Source: an uncultured Planctomycetota bacterium (GTDB taxonomy: Bacteria > Planctomycetota > Planctomycetia > Isosphaerales > Isosphaeraceae). Taken from it: a stretch of DNA of 64,000 bases. A program made the position numbers and the translations under genes. This document shows, in pieces, positions 18,899 to 28,996 of this stretch. The stretch's first letter is position 1, and every line of letters begins with the position of its first letter. The notes below the pieces were generated by a model. That model did not search any database and was not told the origin of the DNA. It was given only the letters and a program-made list of their open reading frames with translations. The stretch spans positions 1-64,000 of the forward strand of contig CAWGMQ010000002.1 of the NCBI GenBank assembly GCA_963823665.1, written 5' to 3'.

Positions 18899-20976
18899 AT
18901 GACGCGAATCGAACTTATTGATGTGAATATGGTCTACCAGACCGCCGGCAACCCCGTTGTGGCCATCGACCACGTGTCGTTGCAACTGGATCCGGGCGAG
19001 ATTGTCTTATTGGTCGGGCCTTCGGGCAGCGGCAAGACCTCGCTCCTTTCAGTTCTCGGCTGCATTCTGCGTCCGACCTCCGGACAGGTCTGGATTGGCA
19101 ACGTCGATGCGGCCCACGTAAACGAAGTGCGCCTGTCCGAGCTCAGGGCGCGGAATTTTGGATATGTGTTTCAGCATTATAATCTCTTCGACGCACTCAC
19201 GGCGCGAGAGAACGTGGAGGCGGCGCAGCGCATGAAGTTCGGCCGGGGGCCAACCGTTCGTGACGACGCGTCACGGTTGCTCGATCGCGTGGGTCTGGCC
19301 AACCGGTCCGAGCACAAACCCCAGGCGCTCTCCGGAGGCCAGTGCCAGCGGGTGGCGATAGCCCGAGCGCTCATCGGCAGCCCTGCGGTGATTCTCGCCG
19401 ATGAACCGACCGCGGCGCTCGATACCGAGAATGCCCTCGACGTCATGAAACTGTTTCGCAGATTGGCCCACGACGACGGCCGCATCGTCGTCATGGTCAG
19501 CCACGACCAGCGGCTCGAGAAATTTGCCGATCGTGTTCTGCGCATGGAGGACGGTCGCTTGATGTCGACAAGGACGGAGGGCTCGCGCCCTTGCATTCCC
19601 GTGCCGGAACCCGTCGCGATTGCGCTCGAAAACGCCGCCGGTGACGGGCGCTCGCTGCCGCCTGGCGACGGGGCCTCGCCGGAAACCGCGGGTGCGCAGC
19701 GGGCCGACTATGGGCAGGGCGCATTGCGCTTGAGCCCACCCCACGATCCGGACCTGATCGACTCCGGCGCCTTGTCGTCGCTCGGTGTGGTGAGGAATGC
19801 GGCATCCGGGACGTCGTTGCCCTCCGCAGCGCCGCGGGCGGCCCGGACGGGGCGTCGGTTCCCCCGGCGCGCCGGCCTGGTGCTCCTGAGTCTGCTGGTG
19901 GCATGCGGGTGGCAGCTCCGATTGCACTCCGGCGAGCATCGCGCGGACGGCTCGAGCGAGGCGCAGGTCCCGCAACCGAAGCGCGTATGCCCCTCGGTGG
20001 CCGCACTCGGGAAGGTCGAGGCCCGGCAAGGCTTGATGAACCTGTCGATCGCGCTGCCCGGAATCCTGGCGAAGGTCTATGTCGAAGAGGGCCAGTGGTT
20101 CGAAAAAGGCCAACTGCTTGCGGAGCTGATCAATGATGATTTGATCGCGCGCGTCGACATTGCCACGCACGAACTGACGCAGGCCGAGGCGCGTCTGGAG
20201 CTGCTGGCGCTCGGGTCTCGTAAGGAAGAGATCGACGAGGCGAGAGCCCAGGTCGAGGGCTTGAACGCGCAGCACGCCTATCTGACGAACCTCAAGCGGA
20301 TGCGGGATCGGCTCTTCTCACGGAGAGCCGCGTCGCAGGAAGAAGTGCTCGAGATCCAGTCGCGCGTTAACGTGAACACCAAGGACCTTGAAGCCGCGAC
20401 GGCCCGATGGGAACGGCTCAAGGTGGGTCCCCGCGGGCAAGAGATCGCCGGGGCAGAGGCGGCGGTTCGCGTTGCCCGGCGCGGCTTCGCGAGGCGACGA
20501 TCAGTCACGAACGGAGCCGGCTCAAAGCGCCCCGCGCGGGGTGCGTCTTGCGGCTGCATCGCAGGGAAGGAGAAAGCGTCGCAGGCACCGATCAGACCCC
20601 CGTTCTGGTCGTGGCCGACCCGCGCGAGCTCGTAATTCGCGCCGAGGTCGACGAGAGCCAGGCGCGACTGGTCCGCGAAGGACTGGAGGCCTCCGTATCC
20701 ATTCCCGGATATGAGGGCATTGCCTCGACCGGGACGGTCCGGCGCATCTCCGACACCATGGGCCGGAAGGTTATCCATTCCGACGATCCGCTCGAGAACG
20801 TGGACTCGCGCGTGCTGGAGGTCATCGTCTCGCTCGAGGAGCCCGGCTCCCTTCGGATCAATCAGCGTGTGAACGTGTCCATCCACACGGAGTCGGCACC
20901 CGTCTCGGGATCATCGCAGCGGGCCATGCCTCCACGAGTGGTCCCCGATCTCGAACCAAAGACGAGGTACGAATGA
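18899..20976 (+). CDS. ABC ATPase fused in frame to a HlyD/MFP domain; frameshift near 20479
   Basis: [24 protein letters not shown]; ~100-aa low-complexity linker; TM; VEEGQWFEKGQLLAEL; frame of ORF 20407 continues LKAPRAGCVL...RAEVDE...LRINQRVNV. Confidence 0.8.
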
Positions 20977-21639
20977 GCATTCAACGCATGCTGCAGAAAA
21001 AGAAGACGTGCCTTCCGCCCGGCGTGCGATGACCTGGAGGGCCGCCAATTGCTTTCGTCTGCCCTTCTGCCGCAGGTATCCAAGGGACCCGGTGGGAAAC
21101 CAACCGGGCCGGCCATCGCTGCTTTCAACGACAAGCTCTACATGGCCTGGGTCGGTCACGGTGAAGGGACCGAGCGCATCGCGATCTCGTCGTCGTCCAA
21201 TGGCGGCCAACGGTTTGACACGTTGGACTTCCTCCCCGAGACCAGCGGTTCGGCTCCGGCGCTCGCGAGCTTCGACGGGCGCCTCTACATCGCATGGGCA
21301 GGGCCCGGTCACCACCTCAACGTCGCGACGTCGTCCGATGGCGTGACCTTTGGCACGAAGGTCACGCTTCCAGAGACCAGCTCTGCCGAGTCTCACATCA
21401 GTCCGGCGCTGGCCAGCTTCCGCGGTCGCTTCTTTCTCGCGTGGAAGGGCACCGATAGCCGCCTTAACACCGAGTGGTCGTCCGATGGCCTAACCTTCGG
21501 CGGCAAGGTCATCTACTCGGCAACCAGCCATAAGGAAACCGGCCCGGCGCTGGCCAGCTCACCCGTAGCACTCTCCATGGGCTGGTTGGGGCCAGGGTCG
21601 AACGGAGTTTACAAGGCCCAGGGCATCGCTTCCGCCTAA
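20973..21639 (+). CDS. Propeller-repeat paralog P1 (shortened copy of P4); +1 frameshift in the A-run near 21000
   Basis: ATG overlaps the MFP stop (ATGA); removing one A restores MSIQRMLQKRRRAFRPACDDLEGRQLLSS; near-identical to 25413 minus 288 bp. Confidence 0.75.
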
Positions 21640-21836
21640 GATGCGGAGCCACCCATACGGGAACCCCGCCGGCCTGGCCGCGGCGAGCACGACCGCCCGG
21701 TGTGGGTGTGATCGAAGCTCGCGCGGTGCCCTGCACGTCTGCATCTTCCTGGAGCTCGATCTCGCCCTCGATCCGATCGAGCAGATGCTTGCCCGGCCTC
21801 CGGGCTCTGGTCGCACCCGGGAATCTTGCAGGTTCC

Positions 21837-21878
21837 TGTAAGGTCCGAGGGTGAAGGCACGCTTTTTACTCTCAAGCC
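21837..21878 (+). promoter_or_regulatory. Island motif copy D upstream of P2
   Basis: TGTAAG-N16-ACGCTT-N7-TCAAGCC, 121 nt before the ATG. Confidence 0.75.
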
Positions 21879-21957
21879 CGATGTGGTTCTCGGAGAACTC
21901 GCAGCGGGCCACAACTCCACGATTGATCCCCACCTTCAAACCAAAGACGAGGAACCC

Positions 21958-22917
21958 ATGAGCATTCGACGTCTCCCGCACACGAGCAAGCGCGCATTCC
22001 GCCCGGCGTACGACGACCTGGAAGGTCGGCGATTGATGTCGTCGTTAGGCGCAACGGTGAACGACTCATCCGCGCCGGCCATCGCTGCTTTCAAAGACAG
22101 GATCTACATTGCCTATTACAATGTCCTCCTACAAGGTCCCCTCCGATTGCAGTCCGCGACCGATAACTCCAAGGCCTTCGACAACCGGATTGACCTCCCT
22201 GCGAAGAGCCTTACAACTCCGGCGCTGGCCGTCTTCGATGGACGCCTCTACCTGGCCTGGACAGGGAACAACAAAGCTCACGACGTCAACGTCGCGTCGT
22301 CATCCAATGGCGTGAACTTCGGCAACGTGGTCACCCTCCCTGAGAGCAGCATCGACGGTCCGGCGCTGACCACGTTCGACGGACGCCTCGACATCGCCTG
22401 GACGGGGACCAATCAACAGCTCAACGTCGAGTCGTCGTCCAATGGCGTGAACTTCGGCAATAAGGTCACCCTCCCAGATTCCAGCGATGCTGCTCCGGCG
22501 CTGACCGAATTCCAAGAGTCGTCCGGCGCCGAAGACCTCGAGATCGCCTGGAGGGGGACCGATAGGGATCACCACCTCAACGTCGCGTCGTCATCCAATG
22601 GCGTGACCTTCGGCAACGTGGTCACCCTGCCAGAGACCAGCAGTGCCGATACCTTGTCCACTTTCAAGTCCAGTCCGGCGCTGGCCAGCCTGAGCGGACG
22701 CCTCTACATCGCCTGGAAGGGGACCGATAAACACCTGAACTCCGAGTGGTCGTCAAATGGCGTCGACTTCGGCAACAAGGTCACCTACGATGCGACCCCC
22801 GGCGCGGCCGGTCCGGAGCTGGCCAACGTCGGCGGCGTATCAATGGACATGGCCTGGTCGGGGAACCAAGGTGCGGCGCTCGATCGGCACCACTTCATGG
22901 ACATTTTCATTCCCTAG
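21958..22917 (+). CDS. Propeller-repeat paralog P2 (LEGRRLMS leader plus ~6 repeats)
   Basis: GAGG RBS; MSIRR..KRAFRPAYDDLEGRRLMS; repeats PAL..FDGRLY.AW.G....LNV.SSSNGV.FGN.V.LPE. Confidence 0.88.
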   Translation: MSIRRLPHTSKRAFRPAYDDLEGRRLMSSLGATVNDSSAPAIAAFKDRIYIAYYNVLLQGPLRLQSATDNSKAFDNRIDLPAKSLTTPALAVFDGRLYLAWTGNNKAHDVNVASSSNGVNFGNVVTLPESSIDGPALTTFDGRLDIAWTGTNQQLNVESSSNGVNFGNKVTLPDSSDAAPALTEFQESSGAEDLEIAWRGTDRDHHLNVASSSNGVTFGNVVTLPETSSADTLSTFKSSPALASLSGRLYIAWKGTDKHLNSEWSSNGVDFGNKVTYDATPGAAGPELANVGGVSMDMAWSGNQGAALDRHHFMDIFIP

Positions 22918-23284
22918 TCGTGTCACGTCGATCTTGAATCGACGTGCTTGCACGATCGACGGCTGATTCTCGGAGGAGTCGCGGGCTGGGAAGGCGAGCT
23001 TCTGCGCCGGCTGGCTGACGGAATGGCCCGACCGCACCGACGTTATGTCGCAATTCGATGAGTGATCTGTGGAGAATATCACGCTGGCTCGCTCCGCAGT
23101 GCGGAGTACAGGGGTTGAGGTCGGCAAAGGCCAGAACGGGGGTAACCGCCCCACGGCCCACCCGACCTCGACCAATGTTCCACGACAAGCCGCTTGCCGA
23201 CGCGGTCGTCGCCCTTGGCCAGCACGGCGGCGACGGTCGCCCAGCGATTGGGCTGAGGTGGCACCGAGGAATCGCGCAGGTCTC

Positions 23285-23326
23285 TGAAAGGCTTGAGGGC
23301 CGGCGTACGCTTCTTACTTTCAAGGC
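23285..23326 (+). promoter_or_regulatory. Island motif copy E upstream of P3
   Basis: TGAAAG-N16-ACGCTT-N7-TCAAGGC, 121 nt before the ATG. Confidence 0.72.
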
Positions 23327-23405
23327 CGCTATCGTTCTTGGGGTCGTCGTAGCGAGCCGGACATCCACGATTGAACCCCAGTCTCAGGCCCAATACGAGG
23401 AACCC

Positions 23406-24371
23406 ATGAGCATTCGACGCAATCCGCCGAAAAGCAAGCGAGCGTTCCGCCCCACGATCGACGATCTGGAGGGGCGGCGACTGATGTCGTCGGCCATGGT
23501 TCCGCGAGGTCCCACGCCCGGAGATATTAACGCGCCATCCGCGCCGGCCATCGCTGCTTTCAACGACAAGATCTACATGGCCTCAGTGAATGGCTACCAG
23601 GGCGTTCCCTTCGAAATCGAGTCCTCGTCCGACGGCGGCTTGACCTTCGGCAACAAGGTCGACCTCCCTGAGAAGACCGAGTCATCTCCGGCGCTGACCG
23701 CCTTCGACGGACGCCTCTACGTCGCCTGGAGAGGGGACAATAGCTCGCACCAGGTCAACGTCGAGTCGTCATCCAATGGCGTGGACTTCGGCAATAAGGT
23801 CCTCTTCCCTGAGAACACCATCGGCAGTCCGGCGCTGACCGTCTTCGACGGACGGCTCTACGTCGCCTGGACGGGGACCGATCACCACCTCAACGTCGAG
23901 TCGTCATCCAATGGCGTGAACTTCGGCAATAAGGTCACCGTGCCTGAGTCCAGCGGTGCCGGTCCGGCGCTGACCGCCTTCGGTGCAGACCTCGAGATCG
24001 CCTGGGCGGGGACCGATAAGGATCACCACCTCAACGTCGAGTCGTCATCCAACGGCGTGAACTTCGGCAATAAGGTCACCCTCCGTGAGTCCAACAGTGC
24101 CCCGGAGCTGGACGTACGGCCCGCTCCGGCGCTGGCCAGCTTCAACGGACGTCTCTACATCGCCTGGAAGGGGACCGATGAGCGCCTCAACGTCGAGTCG
24201 TCGTCCAATGGCGTGGCCTTCGGCCAGAAGTCCATCTATTCGCGAAGCTCCCAAGATACCGGTCCGGAACTGGCCGACGTCGGCGGATCACTCGACATGG
24301 CCTGGACTAGTGAGACTAATCCTCACGTCGTCCATCAAGTCATCGCTATCGCTGGCGCTACCAACACATAA
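23406..24371 (+). CDS. Propeller-repeat paralog P3
   Basis: Same leader and repeats; closest to P7. Confidence 0.88.
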   Translation: MSIRRNPPKSKRAFRPTIDDLEGRRLMSSAMVPRGPTPGDINAPSAPAIAAFNDKIYMASVNGYQGVPFEIESSSDGGLTFGNKVDLPEKTESSPALTAFDGRLYVAWRGDNSSHQVNVESSSNGVDFGNKVLFPENTIGSPALTVFDGRLYVAWTGTDHHLNVESSSNGVNFGNKVTVPESSGAGPALTAFGADLEIAWAGTDKDHHLNVESSSNGVNFGNKVTLRESNSAPELDVRPAPALASFNGRLYIAWKGTDERLNVESSSNGVAFGQKSIYSRSSQDTGPELADVGGSLDMAWTSETNPHVVHQVIAIAGATNT

Positions 24372-24481
24372 AGGCCCGCCATCGATCTCCATCTGCCCGG
24401 CCGCGGCGAGCACCATTCTTCGGAGCGCGCGTGATCGAAACTTGCGCGCTGGGTCGGAGACGTCTCTATCCTCCTGGAACT

Positions 24482-24543
24482 CGACCGCTGGGGGCGTACC
24501 GACCTTTGAGGACAAGGTGCTAGAGCGTGCCGTCCTGATCGTT
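24482..24543 (+). pseudogene. Short remnant of a group II intron-type reverse transcriptase
   Basis: Translates, with one slip in a G-run, to RPLG-VPTFEDKVLERAVLIV, matching the RT motif RPLGIPT..D...Q.A. Confidence 0.6.
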
Positions 24544-24578
24544 CCGTTTGAGTCAATCCTGCCGAAGAGGGGCCACCC

Positions 24579-25109
24579 ATGACACGATCGTTGCTCCGCG
24601 TCGCCGCTATCCTGGTCATCACCGCCGTCCCTGCGCGGGCCGGTTCGGTCGTCTACGACTTCATGGAGGCCGGCATTGCCCCTCACCCCGGCGATGTCGG
24701 TGCGGTCTTGGCGTTCGCGTCGCCGCCGGCCTCGCCGGTTGCGGGGTGGACCACCTCGAGTACTGCCGATGTTCTCGCCTTCCAGATCATCGACTCCGCC
24801 ATCGCGCCGGCCGGATCGTATTCGCCGGACCTCGCTGCGACTGTCGTATCGACGACGGGTGCGATGCTCGACTCTGGGAGCATCATCGGCGGGCTGAACC
24901 ACGTCGCGATCGAGACGTTCATCGTCTCGGGGAGCGGAGAGAGCCTCATCGTGAATCTCCAGGTCGGGTCGGGCGTGCGCGGCGACTGGTCGCTGGCGCT
25001 CAGTGGGGCGGTCCCTGAACCGTCCTCGCTGTTCATGGCCGGCACCGCCGCCGCGGTCGGCCTCGCCGTCGCCTCGCGTCGGCGATCGAGTCGGCATCAT
25101 CAGAGTTGA
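24579..25109 (+). CDS. PEP-CTERM sorting domain protein
   Basis: Signal peptide ending PARA-G; C-terminal VPEPSSLFMAGTAAAVGLAVASRRR. Confidence 0.9.
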   Translation: MTRSLLRVAAILVITAVPARAGSVVYDFMEAGIAPHPGDVGAVLAFASPPASPVAGWTTSSTADVLAFQIIDSAIAPAGSYSPDLAATVVSTTGAMLDSGSIIGGLNHVAIETFIVSGSGESLIVNLQVGSGVRGDWSLALSGAVPEPSSLFMAGTAAAVGLAVASRRRSSRHHQS

Positions 25110-25290
25110 CCCATGATCGCCGAAGCCGATCTCGCCGACTTGCACGGCTGCGCACCCGGACCGCCCCACGTCATCAGCGCGCCGCATTCCGCGAAGCTGT
25201 TGTATGCGAGTGGTCAACTGGCCGGGAGAGAGTCAGCTGGCTGGCGGGGGTCCGAGCGTCCACGCCGCACCCGTGAATCTCCCTGGTCTC

Positions 25291-25333
25291 TGTAAGGTTC
25301 GAGCAGCGGGCTACGCTTCCTACTCTTGAAGGC
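25291..25333 (+). promoter_or_regulatory. Island motif copy F upstream of P4
   Basis: TGTAAG-N16-ACGCTT-N8-TGAAGGC, 122 nt before the ATG. Confidence 0.75.
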
Positions 25334-25412
25334 TGTTGTCGCTCTTGCGGTCGTCGCAGCCGGCCAGACGCCGATGATCTAACCCCGCTTTCGAACCGAA
25401 GACGAGGAGCCC

Positions 25413-26366
25413 ATGAGCATTCGACGCGTCCCGCAGAAACGGCAGCGCGCTTTCCGCCCAGCATGCGATGACCTGGAGGGCCGCCGCCTGCTTTCGTCTG
25501 CCCATCTGCCGCATATATCAAAGGGGCCCGGTGGAAAACCAACCGGGCCGGCCATCGCTGCTTTCAACGACAAGCTCTATATGGCCTGGGTCGGTCACGG
25601 TGAAGGGACCGAGCGCATCGCGATCTCGTCGTCGTCCAATGGCGGCCAAAGGTTCGACACCTTGGACTTCCTCCCCGAGACCAGCAGTTCGACTCCGGCG
25701 CTCGCCAGCTTCGACGGACGCCTCTACATCGCATGGACAGGACCCGGTCACCACCTCAACCTTGAGTCGTCAGAAAATGGCGTGAACTGGGGCGATAAGG
25801 TCACGCTCCCCGAGAGCAGTAACGAGGCTCCGGCCTTGACCAGCTTCGACGAACGCCTCTACATCGCATGGACAGGGTCAGACCCCGCACACCACCTGAA
25901 TGTCGCGTCGTCCGCCGACGGAGAAACCTTTGACGATACGGTTACACTCCCTGACACCAGCGATGCCGGTCCCGCCCTGGCCGGCTCCAGTTCCGGCGGT
26001 GGACTGGCGATCGCCTGGACGGGCACCGATAAGGACCACCACCTCAACGTCGCGACGTCGTCCGATGGCGTGACCTTTGGCACGAAGGTCACGCTTCCAG
26101 AGACCAGCTCTGCCGAGTCTCACATCAGTCCGGCGCTGGCCAGCTTCCGCGGTCGCTTCTTTCTCGCGTGGAAGGGCACCGATAGCCGCCTTAACACCGA
26201 GTGGTCGTCCGATGGTCTAACTTTCGGCGCCAAGGTCATCTACTCGGCAACCAGCCATAAGGAAACCGGCCCGGCGCTGGCCAGCTCACCCGTAGCACTC
26301 TACATGGGCTGGTTGGGACCAGGGTCGAACGGAGTTTACAAGGCCCAGGGCATCGCTTCCGCTTAA
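25413..26366 (+). CDS. Propeller-repeat paralog P4
   Basis: MSIRRVPQKRQRAFRPACDDLEGRRLLS plus ~6 repeats. Confidence 0.88.
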   Translation: MSIRRVPQKRQRAFRPACDDLEGRRLLSSAHLPHISKGPGGKPTGPAIAAFNDKLYMAWVGHGEGTERIAISSSSNGGQRFDTLDFLPETSSSTPALASFDGRLYIAWTGPGHHLNLESSENGVNWGDKVTLPESSNEAPALTSFDERLYIAWTGSDPAHHLNVASSADGETFDDTVTLPDTSDAGPALAGSSSGGGLAIAWTGTDKDHHLNVATSSDGVTFGTKVTLPETSSAESHISPALASFRGRFFLAWKGTDSRLNTEWSSDGLTFGAKVIYSATSHKETGPALASSPVALYMGWLGPGSNGVYKAQGIASA

Positions 26367-26468
26367 GATGCAGAGCCACCCATTGAACGGTAGGAAGGCC
26401 ATCTACTTCGGCCGGAACGGCGACTTCCATGTCGAGCCGTTCCCCTTCCGCTGACAAGGAGTGGTGCC

Positions 26469-26534
26469 ATGCGCGTCGGCGGAATCCTCGAAGCCGCCCT
26501 GTACGTGGCCGACATCCAGCGTAACGCTCGATAG
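26469..26534 (+). pseudogene. 5' remnant of a VOC/glyoxalase-like gene
   Basis: AAGGAG RBS, then MRVGGILEAALYVADIQR and a stop; resembles the ILE(T/A)ALYV.D start of VOC proteins. Confidence 0.45.
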
Positions 26535-26768
26535 CGGCGCTTCGTCAGGCTCTCTGAGGCGGGTATTTCCTCACAGACGGTCTTCGCGCCATCCCAGTCC
26601 GCGGTGCAAGTGGGTGACCGTCAACGCATCCACCGCATCGCCACCAGGTCACATCCCAAAACGCCCACCGCACGCATCTCGTGCGCCCTGGTCTTCGCGC
26701 GAGGCCACCTCGCGAGCGAACGTGATCGGCCGATCTGAGTCAATCGTTCCAAGACTTCGGGCGGGTCC

Positions 26769-26811
26769 TGTAAGGTTCGAGAGCCTCCGCACGCTTCCTA
26801 CTGGTGAAGGC
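26769..26811 (+). promoter_or_regulatory. Island motif copy G upstream of P5
   Basis: TGTAAG-N16-ACGCTT-N8-TGAAGGC, 123 nt before the ATG. Confidence 0.75.
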
Positions 26812-26891
26812 CGCTGTCGTCCTCGCGAACGCCGAGGCCGGCTGGAACAGCCGCGGTTGATCCGAGCTCCCAAACCCAAGACGAGGAACCC

Positions 26892-28134
26892 ATGAACATT
26901 GAGCTCGCTCGACAGAAAAGCAAGCGGGCGTTCCGCCCGGCGATAGACGATCTGGAGAGGCGGCAGCTCATGTCGACCGCCCACTTCATGGTGCATGAGC
27001 TAGCGGAACCGGCGGTTGTGCACCTCAACCACGAGATCCCCCGCGCCGGGCACGGGGAGCATGCAGGCGACCGAACGCACGCACAACACGCCTCGCACGC
27101 GAACCAGCCAGGATCTCGCACGACGCGGAGTGATTCGACTGTGCAGGCACCTCAGGTCGGCTTGCATTATGCACAAAACAGTACGCCCTCGCTCGTTCAA
27201 TATGACGACGAGCTCTGGACCGAAGAATCAAGTTACTGGGGCGGCCAGAATAATCGGATCGTCCTCGGAGTCTCATCCGATGGTGGCCAGACGTTCCATT
27301 TCAAACTTGGTCTCGTGCAGTATACCGAGACGACCGCACCACTCGCCGTCTTCGACGGGAATTTGTATCTCGCGTTTACGGGAACCGATAACCGACTCAA
27401 TGTTTATCCGAGCAGTCAAGGCGCTGACGGACTCCAGTTCAAGAACAAGGTCACACTTCCGGATACCAGCGAGTATGCACCGGCGCTGGCGGTAGGCAAC
27501 GAACTGTACATCGCCTGGACGGGAATGGATCACCACATCAACATCGAGTCGTCCTCCGACGGCGTGCACTGGGGAAACAAGGTCACGCTCCCGGTGACCA
27601 CCTGGGCTGCCCCGGCGCTCTCGTCGAACCCCAGCGGTGGTTTGACGCTCGCCTGGGTCGGCGACGACCCGGAGCACCACTTGAACCTCGAGTCGTCGCC
27701 CGATGGCGTGCACTGGGACAACAAGGTCACCCTCCCTGAGAACCACCACATTCGCCAAGAACAACGATAGCGCGAGTCCGGCCCTGGCCAATTTTAATGG
27801 ACGACTCTACATTGCTTGGAGAGGGAGCGATCCGGGGAAACACCTCAGCTCGGAGTGGTCGGCCGATGGCGTGCACTTCGGCGGCAAGGTCATCTACCCC
27901 CAGACAGATATTTACTCTTGGACAGGCCCGGCGCTCGTCAACGCGGGCAGCTTCCTGGGAATGGCCTGGGTGCACAATTCCACGGAATACGTCGAAGGGT
28001 TTCAGCACATCGCCACCGCGAATGGGCTCACTGATGCGCCGGCCATCGTTCAAGTCAGCCATAAGCTCCCGACGGCCGGCCACGGAAAGCCGGCAAGCGA
28101 TCAAGTGCACGCGCAACCGAGCGAGCTCAGGTAG
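26892..28134 (+). CDS. Propeller-repeat paralog P5 with His-rich linker; +1 frameshift near 27741
   Basis: KRAFRPAIDDLERRQLMS, His-rich segment and repeats; continues in the frame of ORF 27703 (SPALANFNGRLYIAW). Confidence 0.8.
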
Positions 28135-28167
28135 CGGTATCCGCCGGCAAGCTCTTCCGGGTCTTCA

Positions 28168-28836
28168 ATGGACCTGACATCACGCCTGGCAATTCCAGGG
28201 AATTCTTCGTCGAGACCTCATCCGACGGCGGCGCAACCTGGGCCAGAAGCGTCGTCATCCGATGGCGTGTACTGGGGCGATAAGACCATCCTCCCCGACG
28301 GAGGCTTCGGATCACCGGCGCTGGCCACCGCCAACGAACGCCTCGAAATCGCCTGGACGGGGACTGACACGGATCACCACATCAATGTGGCTTCGTCGCC
28401 CGACGGCGTGAACTCGAGCCGGCACGTCACCCTTCCCGAGACTAGCAATGCCGGTCCAGCGCTGGCAACCCTCAGTGGTGGAGGTGTCGAACTCGCCTGG
28501 GCGGGGAGCGGAAAGATGCCCCGCCTCAATGTTGCGATGTCGAACGATGGCTTGAACTTCACCCACACGGTCACGCTCCCGGACACGACTCGCCCCGAAA
28601 CCACGGCACCACCGGGACGAGCCATGAGCACTGCTCTCATCACCTTCGCCGAACCGCCGGCCTCCGCTAACGCACAGTGGTCGACGGACAGGAACGCAGC
28701 AATCCTCGACATCGAGCTTCTCGACCCTTCCCTCGGGCCGGTCGGCCGCTACGACAGGCAGAGAATGGGCTGCATCGCGGGCCTGGCCGGCATCGGCTAT
28801 CTCTGGCGCCGGCGGCGTCGGGCGCTGGCCGCGTGA
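28168..28836 (+). pseudogene. Degraded paralog P6: about two repeats joined to a PEP-CTERM-like TM/Arg tail
   Basis: SPALATANERLEIAWTGTD.., GPALATLSGGGVELAW..; ends MGCIAGLAGIGYLWRRRRR without VPEP; no leader. Confidence 0.6.
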
Positions 28837-28876
28837 CGGCCGGAATGGTCTGGGCCGGCTTCAGGTTGGAATCATC

Positions 28877-28919
28877 TGTAAGGTTCGAGCGTCAGGCGAC
28901 GCTTTCTTCTCTCGATGGC
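28877..28919 (+). promoter_or_regulatory. Island motif copy H upstream of P7
   Basis: TGTAAG-N16-ACGCTT, 120 nt before the ATG. Confidence 0.75.
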
Positions 28920-28996
28920 TCGGTCGTTCGCGCGGGCTCGCCATCCGCGACGCGGCGACGATCGTTCGCGTATCTCAAACCAAAGACGAGGAAACC

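Noticed and set aside
21855..21872. Sigma-54 promoter (GGCACG...)
   Set aside because: Gives GG-N10-AC rather than GG-N10-GC, and the GG position is not conserved in the other copies
23058..23405. Long N-terminal extensions of P2, P3 and the adhesin in the ORF track
   Set aside because: They run through the conserved motif and leader; paralog alignment and RBS place the starts at 21958, 23406 and 31246
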